From NCBI GenBank assembly GCA_964526285.1, contig CAZGIW010000003.1:8468-72467 (forward strand): a stretch of DNA of 64,000 bases. Reading direction: 5' to 3'. Under the pieces are notes generated by a model. That model searched no databases and had not been told where the DNA came from. It saw nothing but the letters and a program-made list of their open reading frames with translations. Both the position numbers and the translations under genes were made by a program. Origin of the DNA: an uncultured Bacteroidales bacterium. Lineage in GTDB: Bacteria; Bacteroidota; Bacteroidia; Bacteroidales; DTU049. Shown one piece after another: positions 10,449 to 20,245 of the stretch (positions within the stretch are counted from its first letter, which is position 1; every line of letters begins with the position of its first letter).

Positions 10449-11039
10449 TTATTTCACATATTTTGCGAGCACCTTAACAAACTTTTTTCCTGCAAGTGCA
10501 TAAGCTTCTGCAATTCGGCTTCCGGCATCAAAATGTTCACTTCCTTTGGCCTTAATAAGATCAAAAACAGCAAAAGGCTTATCAGGATCAAGACGTTCAT
10601 AAAATGATATCTTCATGCTGACATATGCAGGAGATGATGTTATCCCAATATTATAACCAGGTTCTGTAAAATAGGTATTCACTACCATGATAATTTTTGA
10701 TTCTGGTCTGTGATAATCAATAAACAGCCCTGCTTTTTCACCGTACTTGTTGAAAAGGGCAATGAATTTTGGCTCAAACTTTATTTCTCTGTCTTTAATC
10801 CACAGATTATGCCATCTATCCCCATTATCATTGTCGTTTTTGTGGGCTTCTTCTCTTTTTTGCTTTACATATGCCTCTTCTGTCAGTTTTCCAACCCTCA
10901 TATCATCATACGTAAACTGTACCTCAAAAATATCTTCCCCTTTCAACAAATCTGTTTTTCCACTTACCAGTTTAATTTTCTGTGAAAATCCTGCGCCTGC
11001 TATGAGCAAAGCAATTCCAATAATCATTAATTTTTTCAT
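10449..11039 (-). CDS. Hypothetical secreted protein.
   Basis: It has the signal peptide MKKLMIIGIALLIAGAGFSQ. I recognise no family. Confidence 0.5.
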   Translation of the reverse strand: MKKLMIIGIALLIAGAGFSQKIKLVSGKTDLLKGEDIFEVQFTYDDMRVGKLTEEAYVKQKREEAHKNDNDNGDRWHNLWIKDREIKFEPKFIALFNKYGEKAGLFIDYHRPESKIIMVVNTYFTEPGYNIGITSSPAYVSMKISFYERLDPDKPFAVFDLIKAKGSEHFDAGSRIAEAYALAGKKFVKVLAKYVK

Positions 11040-11225
11040 AAATGTGTTTTTTTATGGGTTAAACTTTTTTAAAACTTTATGCAAACGTACTGATTTTTTT
11101 TTAACAAATAAATACAAAAAAAACTTGCCCTGAAAAAATCCATCTTGTTGCAACCCTTTGTGCTGGTTTTTTGTTAAATATTATCCATATAAAACATTGA
11201 CAGATAAATATTATTAAAAAACAAT

Positions 11226-11233
11226 TAGTTTTG
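11226..11233 (+). promoter_or_regulatory. -7 promoter box (TAnnTTTG).
   Basis: TAGTTTTG lies 36 nt upstream of the ATG at 11270. This supports that start over the track's 11231. Confidence 0.45.
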
Positions 11234-11269
11234 CAAGAATCTTTTTTTTTAAACCTAAACGTGATAATT

Positions 11270-13144
11270 ATGAAAAAGTTAAGTTTATTTGCACTTCTGC
11301 TGATTGCAGGAGTTTTATTGGCTCACTCACAAACCCAGAGAATGGTTTTGTATGAAGGGTTTTCCAACGCCAGCTGTCCTCCATGTGCTTCACAGAATCC
11401 GACCACAAATGCACTCATTGCAGCCAACCCCACCAAGGTTGTTGCTCTGAAGTACCAAACAAACTGGCCTGGTGTTGACCCAATGAATGCCCAAACGCAG
11501 ACATGGGTCGGTCCACGTGTTTCATATTATGGAATAAGCGGCGTTCCAGCCACCAGAGTTGACGGCACCGGCACTTCAATCAATCAGACCGTCATTGATA
11601 CACGCTACGCTGTTCCTTCTCCTTTTTTCCTGACAGTTGACCACACATTAAATTCAGCTGGTGATTCTGCCTTTGTTGAAGTTATTGTCACAGCAGCTCA
11701 AGACTACACAGGAACAAGTCTGGTTCTTCAGGTAGGCATGGTTGAAAAACATATCGGTTTCACATCAGCACCCGGCACTAACGGAGAAAAAGATTTTTAT
11801 CATGTAATGAGAAGAATGTATCCAGGTGCAACAGGAACTAGCCTGCAAAGTGCCTGGCTAAACACTGAAGCTGATACTTTTCATTTTGCAGTGGCCATCC
11901 CAACTTACCTTTATGATATAAACCAAATGGCATTTGTTGCCTTTATCCAATCAAACAGTGATAAGTCTGTTTTGCAGGCTGCAAACAATGACCCTGCTGC
12001 TTTTTTTGATTTATATCCACGAATCACCTCTCACAATATTCCTTCAGAACCAACATGCACTGACAGTCTTGATTTGACTATAACAGTAAAAAACACGGGA
12101 ACAATTGCTTTTACGTCTTTCGATGTTGAATATGGTGCTCAGGGAGAGACACTTCAAACAATCAACTGGTCAGGTAATCTTGCTCCCAACCAGTCAACTG
12201 TAATCGATTTGCCTGTTTTTTCATTTACTTCTACAAATCCACTCATTTATATTGAGGTAAAAAACCCTAATGGTTCTGCAAATTACCCTTCACTTCACGC
12301 AAAAGTGCTTCAATCATTAAATATCATCTCTTCTTATAACCCCATTCCTCTTGAGCAGGGCTTTACATCAACAACTTTCCCCCCAACCAACTGGATATCA
12401 ATCAGCGATGATGATATTAAGTGGGCAAGGGCAACAGTTGGTGGTTTTGGAAATACTCCTGCAGGATCTGCAACAATGAAATTCTATTTAAGCCCTGCAG
12501 GAAAAATTGATTATTTATACTTTGAACCACTTGATCTTACAGGTACTCCCAATTTAATTCTCACATTCAGTGTTGCACATGCAAGATATAATGCAAGTTA
12601 TGGTAATGGTGACCGCCTTCAGGTAGAAATTTCTATAAATTGTGGTGCATCATGGACATCAATATACAGCAAGCAGGGAACCACACTTGCCACAGCTCCT
12701 GATTTTGGAACAGGTCAGTTTACCCCAACAGCAGCACAGTGGAGAAGCGATACAGTGGATTTGGCTTCATATATGTCCAATGATGAAGTTTTAATCAGAC
12801 TGAAAGCGACAAGTGGATATGGAAACAACCTGTATGTGGATGATATCAATATTGGTCAGAATTTTACAGGATATGGGGATAATGATTTATTGTCATATTT
12901 CAATGTATTCCCAAATCCAGTTGATGATGTATTACATTTTGAGTTTTCAATCAACAAACAAACAAACGTTAGAATCAACATTATTGATATGACAGGAAAA
13001 CTTATTACTTCTGTATCTCCTAGTGAACTTTCTCAGGGAATGCATTCAGTAACAATTGATGTAGCATCATGGGCAGCAGGCCTGTATCATGCTGTTATTG
13101 TGACTGACAACAACGTTGTTTCCAGCAAAATTATAAAGAATTAA
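11270..13144 (+). CDS. T9SS cargo protein with an N-terminal thioredoxin-like CxxC (Omp28-related-like) region, a choice-of-anchor-J-like domain and a T9SS C-terminal sorting domain.
   Basis: It has the signal peptide MKKLSLFALLLIAG and the motif YEGFSNASCPPCASQNP. The C-terminus FPNPVDDVLHFEF...IIDMTGKLI...LSQGMHSV...AGLYHAVI fits the type A sorting domain. Confidence 0.7.
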   Translation: MKKLSLFALLLIAGVLLAHSQTQRMVLYEGFSNASCPPCASQNPTTNALIAANPTKVVALKYQTNWPGVDPMNAQTQTWVGPRVSYYGISGVPATRVDGTGTSINQTVIDTRYAVPSPFFLTVDHTLNSAGDSAFVEVIVTAAQDYTGTSLVLQVGMVEKHIGFTSAPGTNGEKDFYHVMRRMYPGATGTSLQSAWLNTEADTFHFAVAIPTYLYDINQMAFVAFIQSNSDKSVLQAANNDPAAFFDLYPRITSHNIPSEPTCTDSLDLTITVKNTGTIAFTSFDVEYGAQGETLQTINWSGNLAPNQSTVIDLPVFSFTSTNPLIYIEVKNPNGSANYPSLHAKVLQSLNIISSYNPIPLEQGFTSTTFPPTNWISISDDDIKWARATVGGFGNTPAGSATMKFYLSPAGKIDYLYFEPLDLTGTPNLILTFSVAHARYNASYGNGDRLQVEISINCGASWTSIYSKQGTTLATAPDFGTGQFTPTAAQWRSDTVDLASYMSNDEVLIRLKATSGYGNNLYVDDINIGQNFTGYGDNDLLSYFNVFPNPVDDVLHFEFSINKQTNVRINIIDMTGKLITSVSPSELSQGMHSVTIDVASWAAGLYHAVIVTDNNVVSSKIIKN

Positions 13145-13154
13145 ACAAAAATCC

Positions 13155-13204
13155 ATACCCCCTTTTCCCGAACGGCATGATATTGGCATTCGGGAAAAGG
13201 GTAT
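13155..13204 (+). terminator. Strong hairpin after the T9SS cargo gene; possible terminator.
   Basis: An 11-bp core stem CTTTTCCCGAA / TTCGGGAAAAG extends through ATACCC/GGGTAT. It is followed by an A-rich run rather than a T-run, hence the lower confidence. Confidence 0.4.
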
Positions 13205-13220
13205 AAAAAATAAATTCACT

Positions 13221-13721
13221 ATGAGAACAATAATAATTTTTGCAACTTTTTTGATTGCTTTCATTAATATAAAAGCTCAGGAAACAACAAACAGTCTTCC
13301 TTCTGTAACAATCAGAACGCTTGACGGTAAACAAATAAACACATCCGAACTCAACAACGACGGAAAACCTTTTATTATCAGTTTCTGGGCCACCTGGTGC
13401 AAGCCTTGTGTGCGCGAATTTACAAGCCTGTCAGATGTATATGAAGAATGGCAGGAAGAAACAGGTGTAAAAATCTTTGCCATCAGTGTTGATGACTCAA
13501 GAACCAGCAACAATGTTTTACCTTTTGTTTCAGGCAAAGGATGGGAATTTGATTTCTATCTGGACACAAACGGTGATTTTAAACGTGCCATGAACGTGAA
13601 CCTAATTCCACATACATTTATTGTAAATGGAAAAGGAGAAGTCGTTTGGCAGCACACATCATTCTCCGAAGGCGGAGAACTTGAAATGCTTGAAGTTATT
13701 CAGGGTTTGATTGAAGAATAA
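13221..13721 (+). CDS. TlpA-family thiol:disulfide oxidoreductase (periplasmic thioredoxin-like).
   Basis: It has a signal peptide and the FWATWCKPCVREF active site. The product is 166 aa. Confidence 0.8.
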   Translation: MRTIIIFATFLIAFINIKAQETTNSLPSVTIRTLDGKQINTSELNNDGKPFIISFWATWCKPCVREFTSLSDVYEEWQEETGVKIFAISVDDSRTSNNVLPFVSGKGWEFDFYLDTNGDFKRAMNVNLIPHTFIVNGKGEVVWQHTSFSEGGELEMLEVIQGLIEE

Positions 13722-13737
13722 ATGTAAACAATGATTT

Positions 13738-15384
13738 ATGAAACACTGCAAATGGTTATGTGCATGCATTGTAGTATGCACAGTTTTAGCGTTAAAGGGA
13801 CAGGAGCAGAATTTTGGTGAAATCCGGGGAGATTTCCAGACAGATTTTCAGATTTACCAAAGCGACAGTACAATCGGAGCACCAGATGTACCTGAAAAAT
13901 ATCTTATGAACGGATATCTAAACCTTGTATATAACAAGGGAAACTTTTCTGCTGGCGTTCGCTATGAGGCCTATTACAATGCATTGCTTGGATATGACCC
14001 GCGTTACAAAGGAAGCGGATTTGCCTCACGATGGGCAAGTTACAAACACAAGGATTTTGAAGTTACAGCAGGTAATTTCTATGAACAATTTGGTAGTGGC
14101 ATTCTTTTACGTAGCTATGAAGATCGCAACCTGGGGTTGGACAATTCCATAGATGGTTTCAGGGTTATCTATTCTCCGTTTCGTGGTGTTTATCTAAAAG
14201 GCCTTGCCGGACAACACCGCTATTTCTTTGATAAGGGAACAGGAATCATCCGTGGCGCTGATGCTGAATTTCATATAAATGACATTCGGGAAAAGTGGAC
14301 GGAAAAAGACCTTAGAGTTATTGTTGGCGGAAATTTTGTCAGTAAATATCAGCAGGACAGAGACCCCATTTACAATCTCCCTGAAAATGTGGCCGCTTAC
14401 TCCGGAAGAATGACATTGCAGCACAAAAAGAAAAATCTTTTCGCTGAATATGCCTACAAATTTAATGACCCGTCAGCAGTAAACAGATTAATCTATAAAG
14501 AAGGACAGTCTCTGCTTGTGAATGCTTCTTATGCCACAAAGGGATTCAGCCTTATATTGGGTGCAAAAAGAATTGACAATATGAGTTATCGTTCTGACCG
14601 CACTGCAACAGGCAATGTGCTTCAAATCAATTATCTGCCTTCTCTTACCAAACCCCACGCATTTGCTCTTACAGGTTATTATCCCTATGCATCTCAACCC
14701 AATGGAGAAATGGCAGTTATGGGACAACTGGGTTTCAAAATTCCTAAAAAAACTAAAATTGGGGGCCAATACGGAGCTGACCTGAGTATAAATTTTTCCA
14801 GAGTTCATGACATTGAACGTGCTGCAATCAACGATACAATATCAATCGGACAATCAGGCACTGACGGCTACACCTCTCCCTTTTTCAGCATTGGTGATGA
14901 GTTGTTTTTTCAGGATGTAAACATCGCTTTCGGGCGGCGTATGTCCAAAAACCTACGTCTCAACATGGAATATGTGTATATCATTTACAATACTGAAATA
15001 ATTGAGGGTCACGACGGAGACATGGTACATGCACATGTGGGCGTTCTGGACATGAGCCTGAGATTGAAAAACAAACGGGCCATCAGATGGGAAGTTCAGC
15101 ATATGTTTACTGAACATGATAAAGGAAGTTGGATAATGGCTCTTATTGAATATTCAATAGCTCCAAAATGGTCTTTTGGCATTCAGGATATCTACAATTA
15201 TGGAAATCCGGATTCAGGAAAACGTATTCACTATTATCTGGGTTCTTTTGCCTACACTCATAATGCAAGCCGCCTTGCAATAAGTTACGGAAAGCAGCGC
15301 GAGGGTGTGGTTTGTGTTGGAGGTGTTTGCCGCAATGTGCCTGCATCAAACGGTCTTTTTGTCTCAATTACAACTAATTTTTAG
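13738..15384 (+). CDS. Putative outer-membrane beta-barrel protein (DUF6029-like).
   Basis: It has a signal peptide, alternating aromatic/Gly beta-strand patterning throughout and a C-terminal ...VSITTNF. The family name is from memory of the conserved TlpA/DUF6029/Omp28-like neighbourhood and is unverified. Confidence 0.5.
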   Translation: MKHCKWLCACIVVCTVLALKGQEQNFGEIRGDFQTDFQIYQSDSTIGAPDVPEKYLMNGYLNLVYNKGNFSAGVRYEAYYNALLGYDPRYKGSGFASRWASYKHKDFEVTAGNFYEQFGSGILLRSYEDRNLGLDNSIDGFRVIYSPFRGVYLKGLAGQHRYFFDKGTGIIRGADAEFHINDIREKWTEKDLRVIVGGNFVSKYQQDRDPIYNLPENVAAYSGRMTLQHKKKNLFAEYAYKFNDPSAVNRLIYKEGQSLLVNASYATKGFSLILGAKRIDNMSYRSDRTATGNVLQINYLPSLTKPHAFALTGYYPYASQPNGEMAVMGQLGFKIPKKTKIGGQYGADLSINFSRVHDIERAAINDTISIGQSGTDGYTSPFFSIGDELFFQDVNIAFGRRMSKNLRLNMEYVYIIYNTEIIEGHDGDMVHAHVGVLDMSLRLKNKRAIRWEVQHMFTEHDKGSWIMALIEYSIAPKWSFGIQDIYNYGNPDSGKRIHYYLGSFAYTHNASRLAISYGKQREGVVCVGGVCRNVPASNGLFVSITTNF

Positions 15385-15393
15385 GGAGGAATA

Positions 15394-16242
15394 ATGATGA
15401 AAACACAACTTAAAACAGCTTTTTTTCTTGCAGGAATCATTCTCTTTGCTTCATGCGATATTATCGAGCCTCCATACACAACAACAGGAAACGGAACAGA
15501 TACCACCAGTACTCAGATTAAACAAAAAGTATTTGTTGAATATTTTACCGGACATCGCTGCCCCAACTGTCCCGCCGAAGCATTTCAGCTTAAACAGCTT
15601 AAGCAACAGTATGGCGATCGTCTCATATTTATTTCCGTTCATGCAGGGTATTTTGCTGAGCCTGTGACAGGAAACTATAGTGCAGATTACAGAACAACAA
15701 CAGGAAATGAGCTGGATGCTGCTTTCAGTGTTACAGCCATTAGCACACCCAATGCTCTTGTAAACCGCAATGATTATTTGGGAAATGTTGTTCTTCCTCC
15801 TGCCAGCTGGGCAAGTGCCATCGCAGAAGAACTATTGAAGATTCCTACTGCCGCAATTTATCTTGAACCAGGTGTTCAGGGAAGCAATCTTCAACTCAAT
15901 GCAGGAGTGAAACCTCTGGATAATATGGAAGGAACGTATATGATTTCTGCATATATTGTTGAAGATAGTATCATTTCATGTCAGAAAAACAATAATCCTG
16001 AGGTTGGTGCCACCCCAGACATTCCGGACTATGCTCACAGATATCTGCTGAGGGGGTCAATGAACGGAACATGGGGAGATACTTTATTTAGTCCTCAGGC
16101 GTTGCCCACAGATAGCTTTGCAAAAAACTTTACCGCACCAATTGATCCGCAATGGAATGTATCAAAGTTGTATGTGGTTTGTTTTGTTTATAACAAAGAA
16201 ACCGAACGCGTGGTTCAGGTGGAGATGAAAAAGGTTCAGTAA
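15394..16242 (+). CDS. Omp28-related lipoprotein with a thioredoxin-like CxxC motif.
   Basis: It has the lipoprotein signal ...LFASC and the motif FVEYFTGHRCPNCPAE, which parallels the motif in the 11270 product. Confidence 0.55.
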   Translation: MMKTQLKTAFFLAGIILFASCDIIEPPYTTTGNGTDTTSTQIKQKVFVEYFTGHRCPNCPAEAFQLKQLKQQYGDRLIFISVHAGYFAEPVTGNYSADYRTTTGNELDAAFSVTAISTPNALVNRNDYLGNVVLPPASWASAIAEELLKIPTAAIYLEPGVQGSNLQLNAGVKPLDNMEGTYMISAYIVEDSIISCQKNNNPEVGATPDIPDYAHRYLLRGSMNGTWGDTLFSPQALPTDSFAKNFTAPIDPQWNVSKLYVVCFVYNKETERVVQVEMKKVQ

Positions 16243-16243
16243 C

Positions 16244-17914
16244 TTACTGTTCCGAAGATAAAATAATTGTCTTTTCCATACGACTGACCAGTCCATTTTC
16301 GTTGGAAGCTGAGCAAATAACCTTATGAACCGGAGCGTTGGCAAACCAAACAACACCGATACGATTGTTTTTGTTATAGGTTTTAATAATTTTTCCTCCT
16401 TCCACTTCCCAGTTGGCACGAATGTTTCCTTTTCCGGTCACTTCAAACAACGCGATTTTGTCTTGGGAGGAATACACTGTTTTTCCACGCATGACAGTGC
16501 TGTCTGCACTGATAATTTCAAACATAAATCCACACATGTTATCCAGAATTACATTCATGTTTTCGTTGAGAGTATTGCCTGGTCCACACTGCGGGTCATG
16601 ATCTGCCCCCGGAAACAATACCAGCCGGCTGTCATGTCCAAGTCTTTGCATGTGTTCATGAATGGATACTGAACCATACACCTTTTTGCTGAAAAAAGAG
16701 GAAAACTCAGTGCCAACATTGGCAAAAGGATATTGATGTCCTGCCGGCACAATTGCGTCAGCATCTCCATGAAATAACAGTACAGGGATATTTTCTTTTT
16801 TGCTGATAAGGGTTGTGTCAGTGAGAGCCCCCCACATATTGACAACTCCCCTGATTCGGAATTTGTCCTTAAGGGAATTTCCACTGCAATCCAAACAACC
16901 CAGATCTTCCTGTAAATACAACCTGTTGCCCGAAACGCTTTGAAAAACTTCGTTTTGTTCCATAAATGCTGTTTTCAGTGCAATAAATCCACCGGCACTG
17001 TTGCCTCCAATAAAAATATATTCAGGGTCAATCCGATATTTCTCTGCGTTGTTTACCAGAAAACGTATTGCTGCACGGGCATCCTGAATTGCCCTGTACA
17101 TACATCTTTCAAGGTACATATATCCGCCAGGCACAAACATATATCCCATTCTGTAGTTGATTGAAGCCACAAGATAGCCCCTGCGAGCAAAATAATGCCC
17201 TGTTTCTCTCATTGTTGTTGTGTTTTTATCGCCAATAATAAAAGCACCACCGTGTATCATAACCAGTAAAGGACGCTTTTTAATTGTATCACCAACAGGA
17301 CGATATAAATCAAGGGTCAGTGGTAATTCTGTCATCAGAAAATTCTTTACCAGATTTTTTCCCACATCAAGTACAATTGATGGATAGCTTTCAGGCTCTA
17401 TATCATCAACAGGTTTTGAAGTATAATAACCCTTTGCTTTTCCATATGTAATTTCCTGAACACCAACCTTTCGAAATCCAACTTCATTATATCTGGGCTT
17501 ATGAACGCGAATTGATTTGTGTTTTTCTCTCACAAGAACAAATTTTGAGGGATCTTTTTTGCTGCCAAAATGATAATATACTGTATCCAGATTCCCTGTT
17601 AAGATTCCTTTTGTCTTTAAAACTCCCTGTGTTTCTGTAAAATGTAATATTGTTTTATCTTTTACTGGTCTCCCGGTAAAAGGATGTCTTTCAACTATCG
17701 CTTCTCCTTTGTAAATAAAGTATTCTCCTGAGATAACAGAATCTGCCCTGTGAAAAACCAGATACATGGTTTCTCCACCCGGTAATGATGTAGAATAATA
17801 TTCATACAGAACTATTCCGGTATAATCATACTGAAGTTTTTTACATTTGCAGGCTATAAAAAACAAAAGAACAACAAGCCCTGCGTATAAAACTGTGAAA
17901 TGAATTTTTTTCAT
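16244..17914 (-). CDS. Alpha/beta hydrolase (carboxylesterase/lipase, HSL-like) with an extra ~190-aa N-terminal domain.
   Basis: It carries the HGGAF oxyanion motif, the GGNSAGG nucleophile elbow and a C-terminal HGDADAIVP. I set the start to the ATG at 17914 (MKKIHF...) because the track start at 17929 is a GTG. Confidence 0.75.
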   Translation of the reverse strand: MKKIHFTVLYAGLVVLLFFIACKCKKLQYDYTGIVLYEYYSTSLPGGETMYLVFHRADSVISGEYFIYKGEAIVERHPFTGRPVKDKTILHFTETQGVLKTKGILTGNLDTVYYHFGSKKDPSKFVLVREKHKSIRVHKPRYNEVGFRKVGVQEITYGKAKGYYTSKPVDDIEPESYPSIVLDVGKNLVKNFLMTELPLTLDLYRPVGDTIKKRPLLVMIHGGAFIIGDKNTTTMRETGHYFARRGYLVASINYRMGYMFVPGGYMYLERCMYRAIQDARAAIRFLVNNAEKYRIDPEYIFIGGNSAGGFIALKTAFMEQNEVFQSVSGNRLYLQEDLGCLDCSGNSLKDKFRIRGVVNMWGALTDTTLISKKENIPVLLFHGDADAIVPAGHQYPFANVGTEFSSFFSKKVYGSVSIHEHMQRLGHDSRLVLFPGADHDPQCGPGNTLNENMNVILDNMCGFMFEIISADSTVMRGKTVYSSQDKIALFEVTGKGNIRANWEVEGGKIIKTYNKNNRIGVVWFANAPVHKVICSASNENGLVSRMEKTIILSSEQ

Positions 17915-17972
17915 ATTGTAGTTTTCCACTGTAAAAATACGTAAAAATATTGCCCGTTTGAAAATCTCTGTT

Positions 17973-17980
17973 TATTTTTG
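17973..17980 (+). promoter_or_regulatory. -7 promoter box (TAnnTTTG).
   Basis: TATTTTTG lies 31 nt upstream of the ATG at 18012. Confidence 0.45.
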
Positions 17981-18011
17981 CCCTGTTTTTTAATTTTAAA
18001 ACCAAAAACAC

Positions 18012-18998
18012 ATGAGTTTATTGCATACAACCTATATGGGTTTGAAGCTAAAATCACCCATTATTGCCGGAAGTTCTGGCATGACAAAATCAATTGATAA
18101 TCTGATTGAAGCAGAAAAAAACGGAGCAGGCGCTGTTGTGCTCAAGTCATTATTTGAAGAACAACTCAATAATGAAATGAATGTCAACCTTGCTCAGGGA
18201 CATGATGACTATGCATATCCTGAAGCATTTGACTATATCAGCAACTTCACAAAATCCTCTGCTGTGGATGAATATCTTACTTTGATTGAAGAAGCCAAAA
18301 AGAAATTAACAATACCTGTCGTTGCAAGTATTAACTGTGTTTCGAATACCGACTGGATTGAATATGCCAAAAAGTTTGAAACTGCAGGTGCCGACGCACT
18401 GGAACTCAACCTTTTTATTTTGCCATCTGATTTTACCAGAACGGCTGAAGACATAGAAAAAACGTATATTTCAATCATTGAAAACGTACTGAAACATGTG
18501 AAAATACCTGTGGCAGTCAAAATTGGAGAATATTTTACAAGTCTTGCAAAAACTGTCGTCACATTGTCCTGGACAGGAGTAAAGGGTATTGTTTTGTTTA
18601 ACAGAACATATTCACCCGATATTGATATCAACACAATGCAGGTAACATCAACTAATGTTTTCAGCAATCCTGAAGAAGTGGCTCATCCCATGAGATGGAT
18701 TGCACTGCTATCAGACAAAGCCCATTGCGATTTGGCAGGTTCAACCGGTGTTCACAATGGTGAATCTGCTGTAAAACTTCTGCTTGCAGGTGCTTCTGCT
18801 GTTCAGGTTTGCAGCATTCTTTACAAAAAGAAATTCGCAGCCATTGCAGAAATCAACTCATTTATTGAAGACTGGATGAAAAAGAACAACTTCAGCTCCA
18901 TTGAAGATTTTAAAGGAAAAATGAGTTTAAAAAATATTGCAAATCCTGCTGCCTATGAACGTGTGCAGTTTATGAAGTATTTTGCAGGAATTGAATAG
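18012..18998 (+). CDS. Dihydroorotate dehydrogenase-like (class 1 DHOD/DHPD family TIM-barrel flavoprotein).
   Basis: YMGLKLKSPIIAGSSGMT, ADALELN and later GG motifs match the DHOD-like fold. The product is 328 aa. Confidence 0.7.
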   Translation: MSLLHTTYMGLKLKSPIIAGSSGMTKSIDNLIEAEKNGAGAVVLKSLFEEQLNNEMNVNLAQGHDDYAYPEAFDYISNFTKSSAVDEYLTLIEEAKKKLTIPVVASINCVSNTDWIEYAKKFETAGADALELNLFILPSDFTRTAEDIEKTYISIIENVLKHVKIPVAVKIGEYFTSLAKTVVTLSWTGVKGIVLFNRTYSPDIDINTMQVTSTNVFSNPEEVAHPMRWIALLSDKAHCDLAGSTGVHNGESAVKLLLAGASAVQVCSILYKKKFAAIAEINSFIEDWMKKNNFSSIEDFKGKMSLKNIANPAAYERVQFMKYFAGIE

Positions 18999-19030
18999 CG
19001 GCCGACTTCCTCTGCCTTCATTTTTTCTGT

Positions 19031-20044
19031 TTATTCAAACACAAGATCTTTTTTCATTTCCTTGTCAAATAATAACCAGAACAAAAATCTGAAACCACGA
19101 AATTCACCATACTCGTCGTATGATACTGAAGAAGGACTCACGGCAATCACTTTTTTGGAAAACTGCAAAGATTGTTTGTCAATTGTCCATTGCTCAACAA
19201 ACTTAAGCCGTGTAATTTGGTTCCTGTCAAGCTTAAAAACGACAACACTGTCTTTTGCAATATCCGGATTCTCTTCGGAAAACACACTTATTGTATCTTT
19301 TCTTTCTATAATCTGCTCAAATTCAGCATCCTGCATCTCGTTGAAAAAATAATCATACACCGGAGTTCTCTTTTCTATGCCCGCATCAATAATTGAATTC
19401 ACAATTTGCAATTTGAGAGCAGGCTCAATATTGCAAAAATAAAATGGGAGTTTCTCTCCGTAACATTCTTCTATGAATGGGAAAGTGTTGTCAACAAATA
19501 CATCAAATGCTATTTTTTCAGCAACAATCATCTGATCGTCTCCCCCTTTTTCTTCAGAAGGATAAATCCAGAACAAGGGATACACTTCGGAAACCGGACT
19601 TCCGTCAATAAACTGATGTCTGTGAAAATACAAAGGACAAAAAGCAATAACTTCTTTTTCAAATTCGCCGGTACCTGAATTCACTTTCCAGGATTCACGA
19701 AAACGGATGCCGTTCAATGATTCAGCATTCAGGATAATTGTCACCTCTGAAGTATCTTCAACAAGAACAAGAGTAAGCAAATAATCAATATCTGAAGCAT
19801 TAATTTTATTTCCGTCCACATCTTCAATTGTAAATTTTCCGCTTCTGGCATTATCCAGAATTAAGTTAAAGAAATCTATCCTCTGAAATCCCTCCATATG
19901 GTCAAACCATGAATAGTTGGAACCATGATTGTTTATCAATACATCGTATTCTATTTTTGGCAATTCAATAATATCATACTTTTTTTTACAGGACACAAAG
20001 GCCATTGTTACCAATAACATTACAAACAAAGTTCTTGTTTTCAT
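19031..20044 (-). CDS. Hypothetical lipoprotein.
   Basis: It has the signal plus lipobox MKTRTLFVMLLVTMAFVSC. I recognise no family. Confidence 0.5.
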   Translation of the reverse strand: MKTRTLFVMLLVTMAFVSCKKKYDIIELPKIEYDVLINNHGSNYSWFDHMEGFQRIDFFNLILDNARSGKFTIEDVDGNKINASDIDYLLTLVLVEDTSEVTIILNAESLNGIRFRESWKVNSGTGEFEKEVIAFCPLYFHRHQFIDGSPVSEVYPLFWIYPSEEKGGDDQMIVAEKIAFDVFVDNTFPFIEECYGEKLPFYFCNIEPALKLQIVNSIIDAGIEKRTPVYDYFFNEMQDAEFEQIIERKDTISVFSEENPDIAKDSVVVFKLDRNQITRLKFVEQWTIDKQSLQFSKKVIAVSPSSVSYDEYGEFRGFRFLFWLLFDKEMKKDLVFE

Positions 20045-20208
20045 AGGATTTTGTTTTTGTTTACAAATTTAACAAGTATTTTTAATTGTTCACCAAATAA
20101 CATGAAAATAATCGTAGTTTTTTAGGCAATAAAAGCAAAAACACGTACAATTTTCAGTTTTATGTCTAATTGTATATGGGTTTTCATGTAAATTAAAAAA
20201 AAACTTTA

Positions 20209-20216
20209 TACTTTTG
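20209..20216 (+). promoter_or_regulatory. -7 promoter box (TAnnTTTG).
   Basis: TACTTTTG lies 29 nt upstream of the ATG at 20246. Confidence 0.45.
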
Positions 20217-20245
20217 TCATCTAAAAAATTAAAAACTCAATTATT

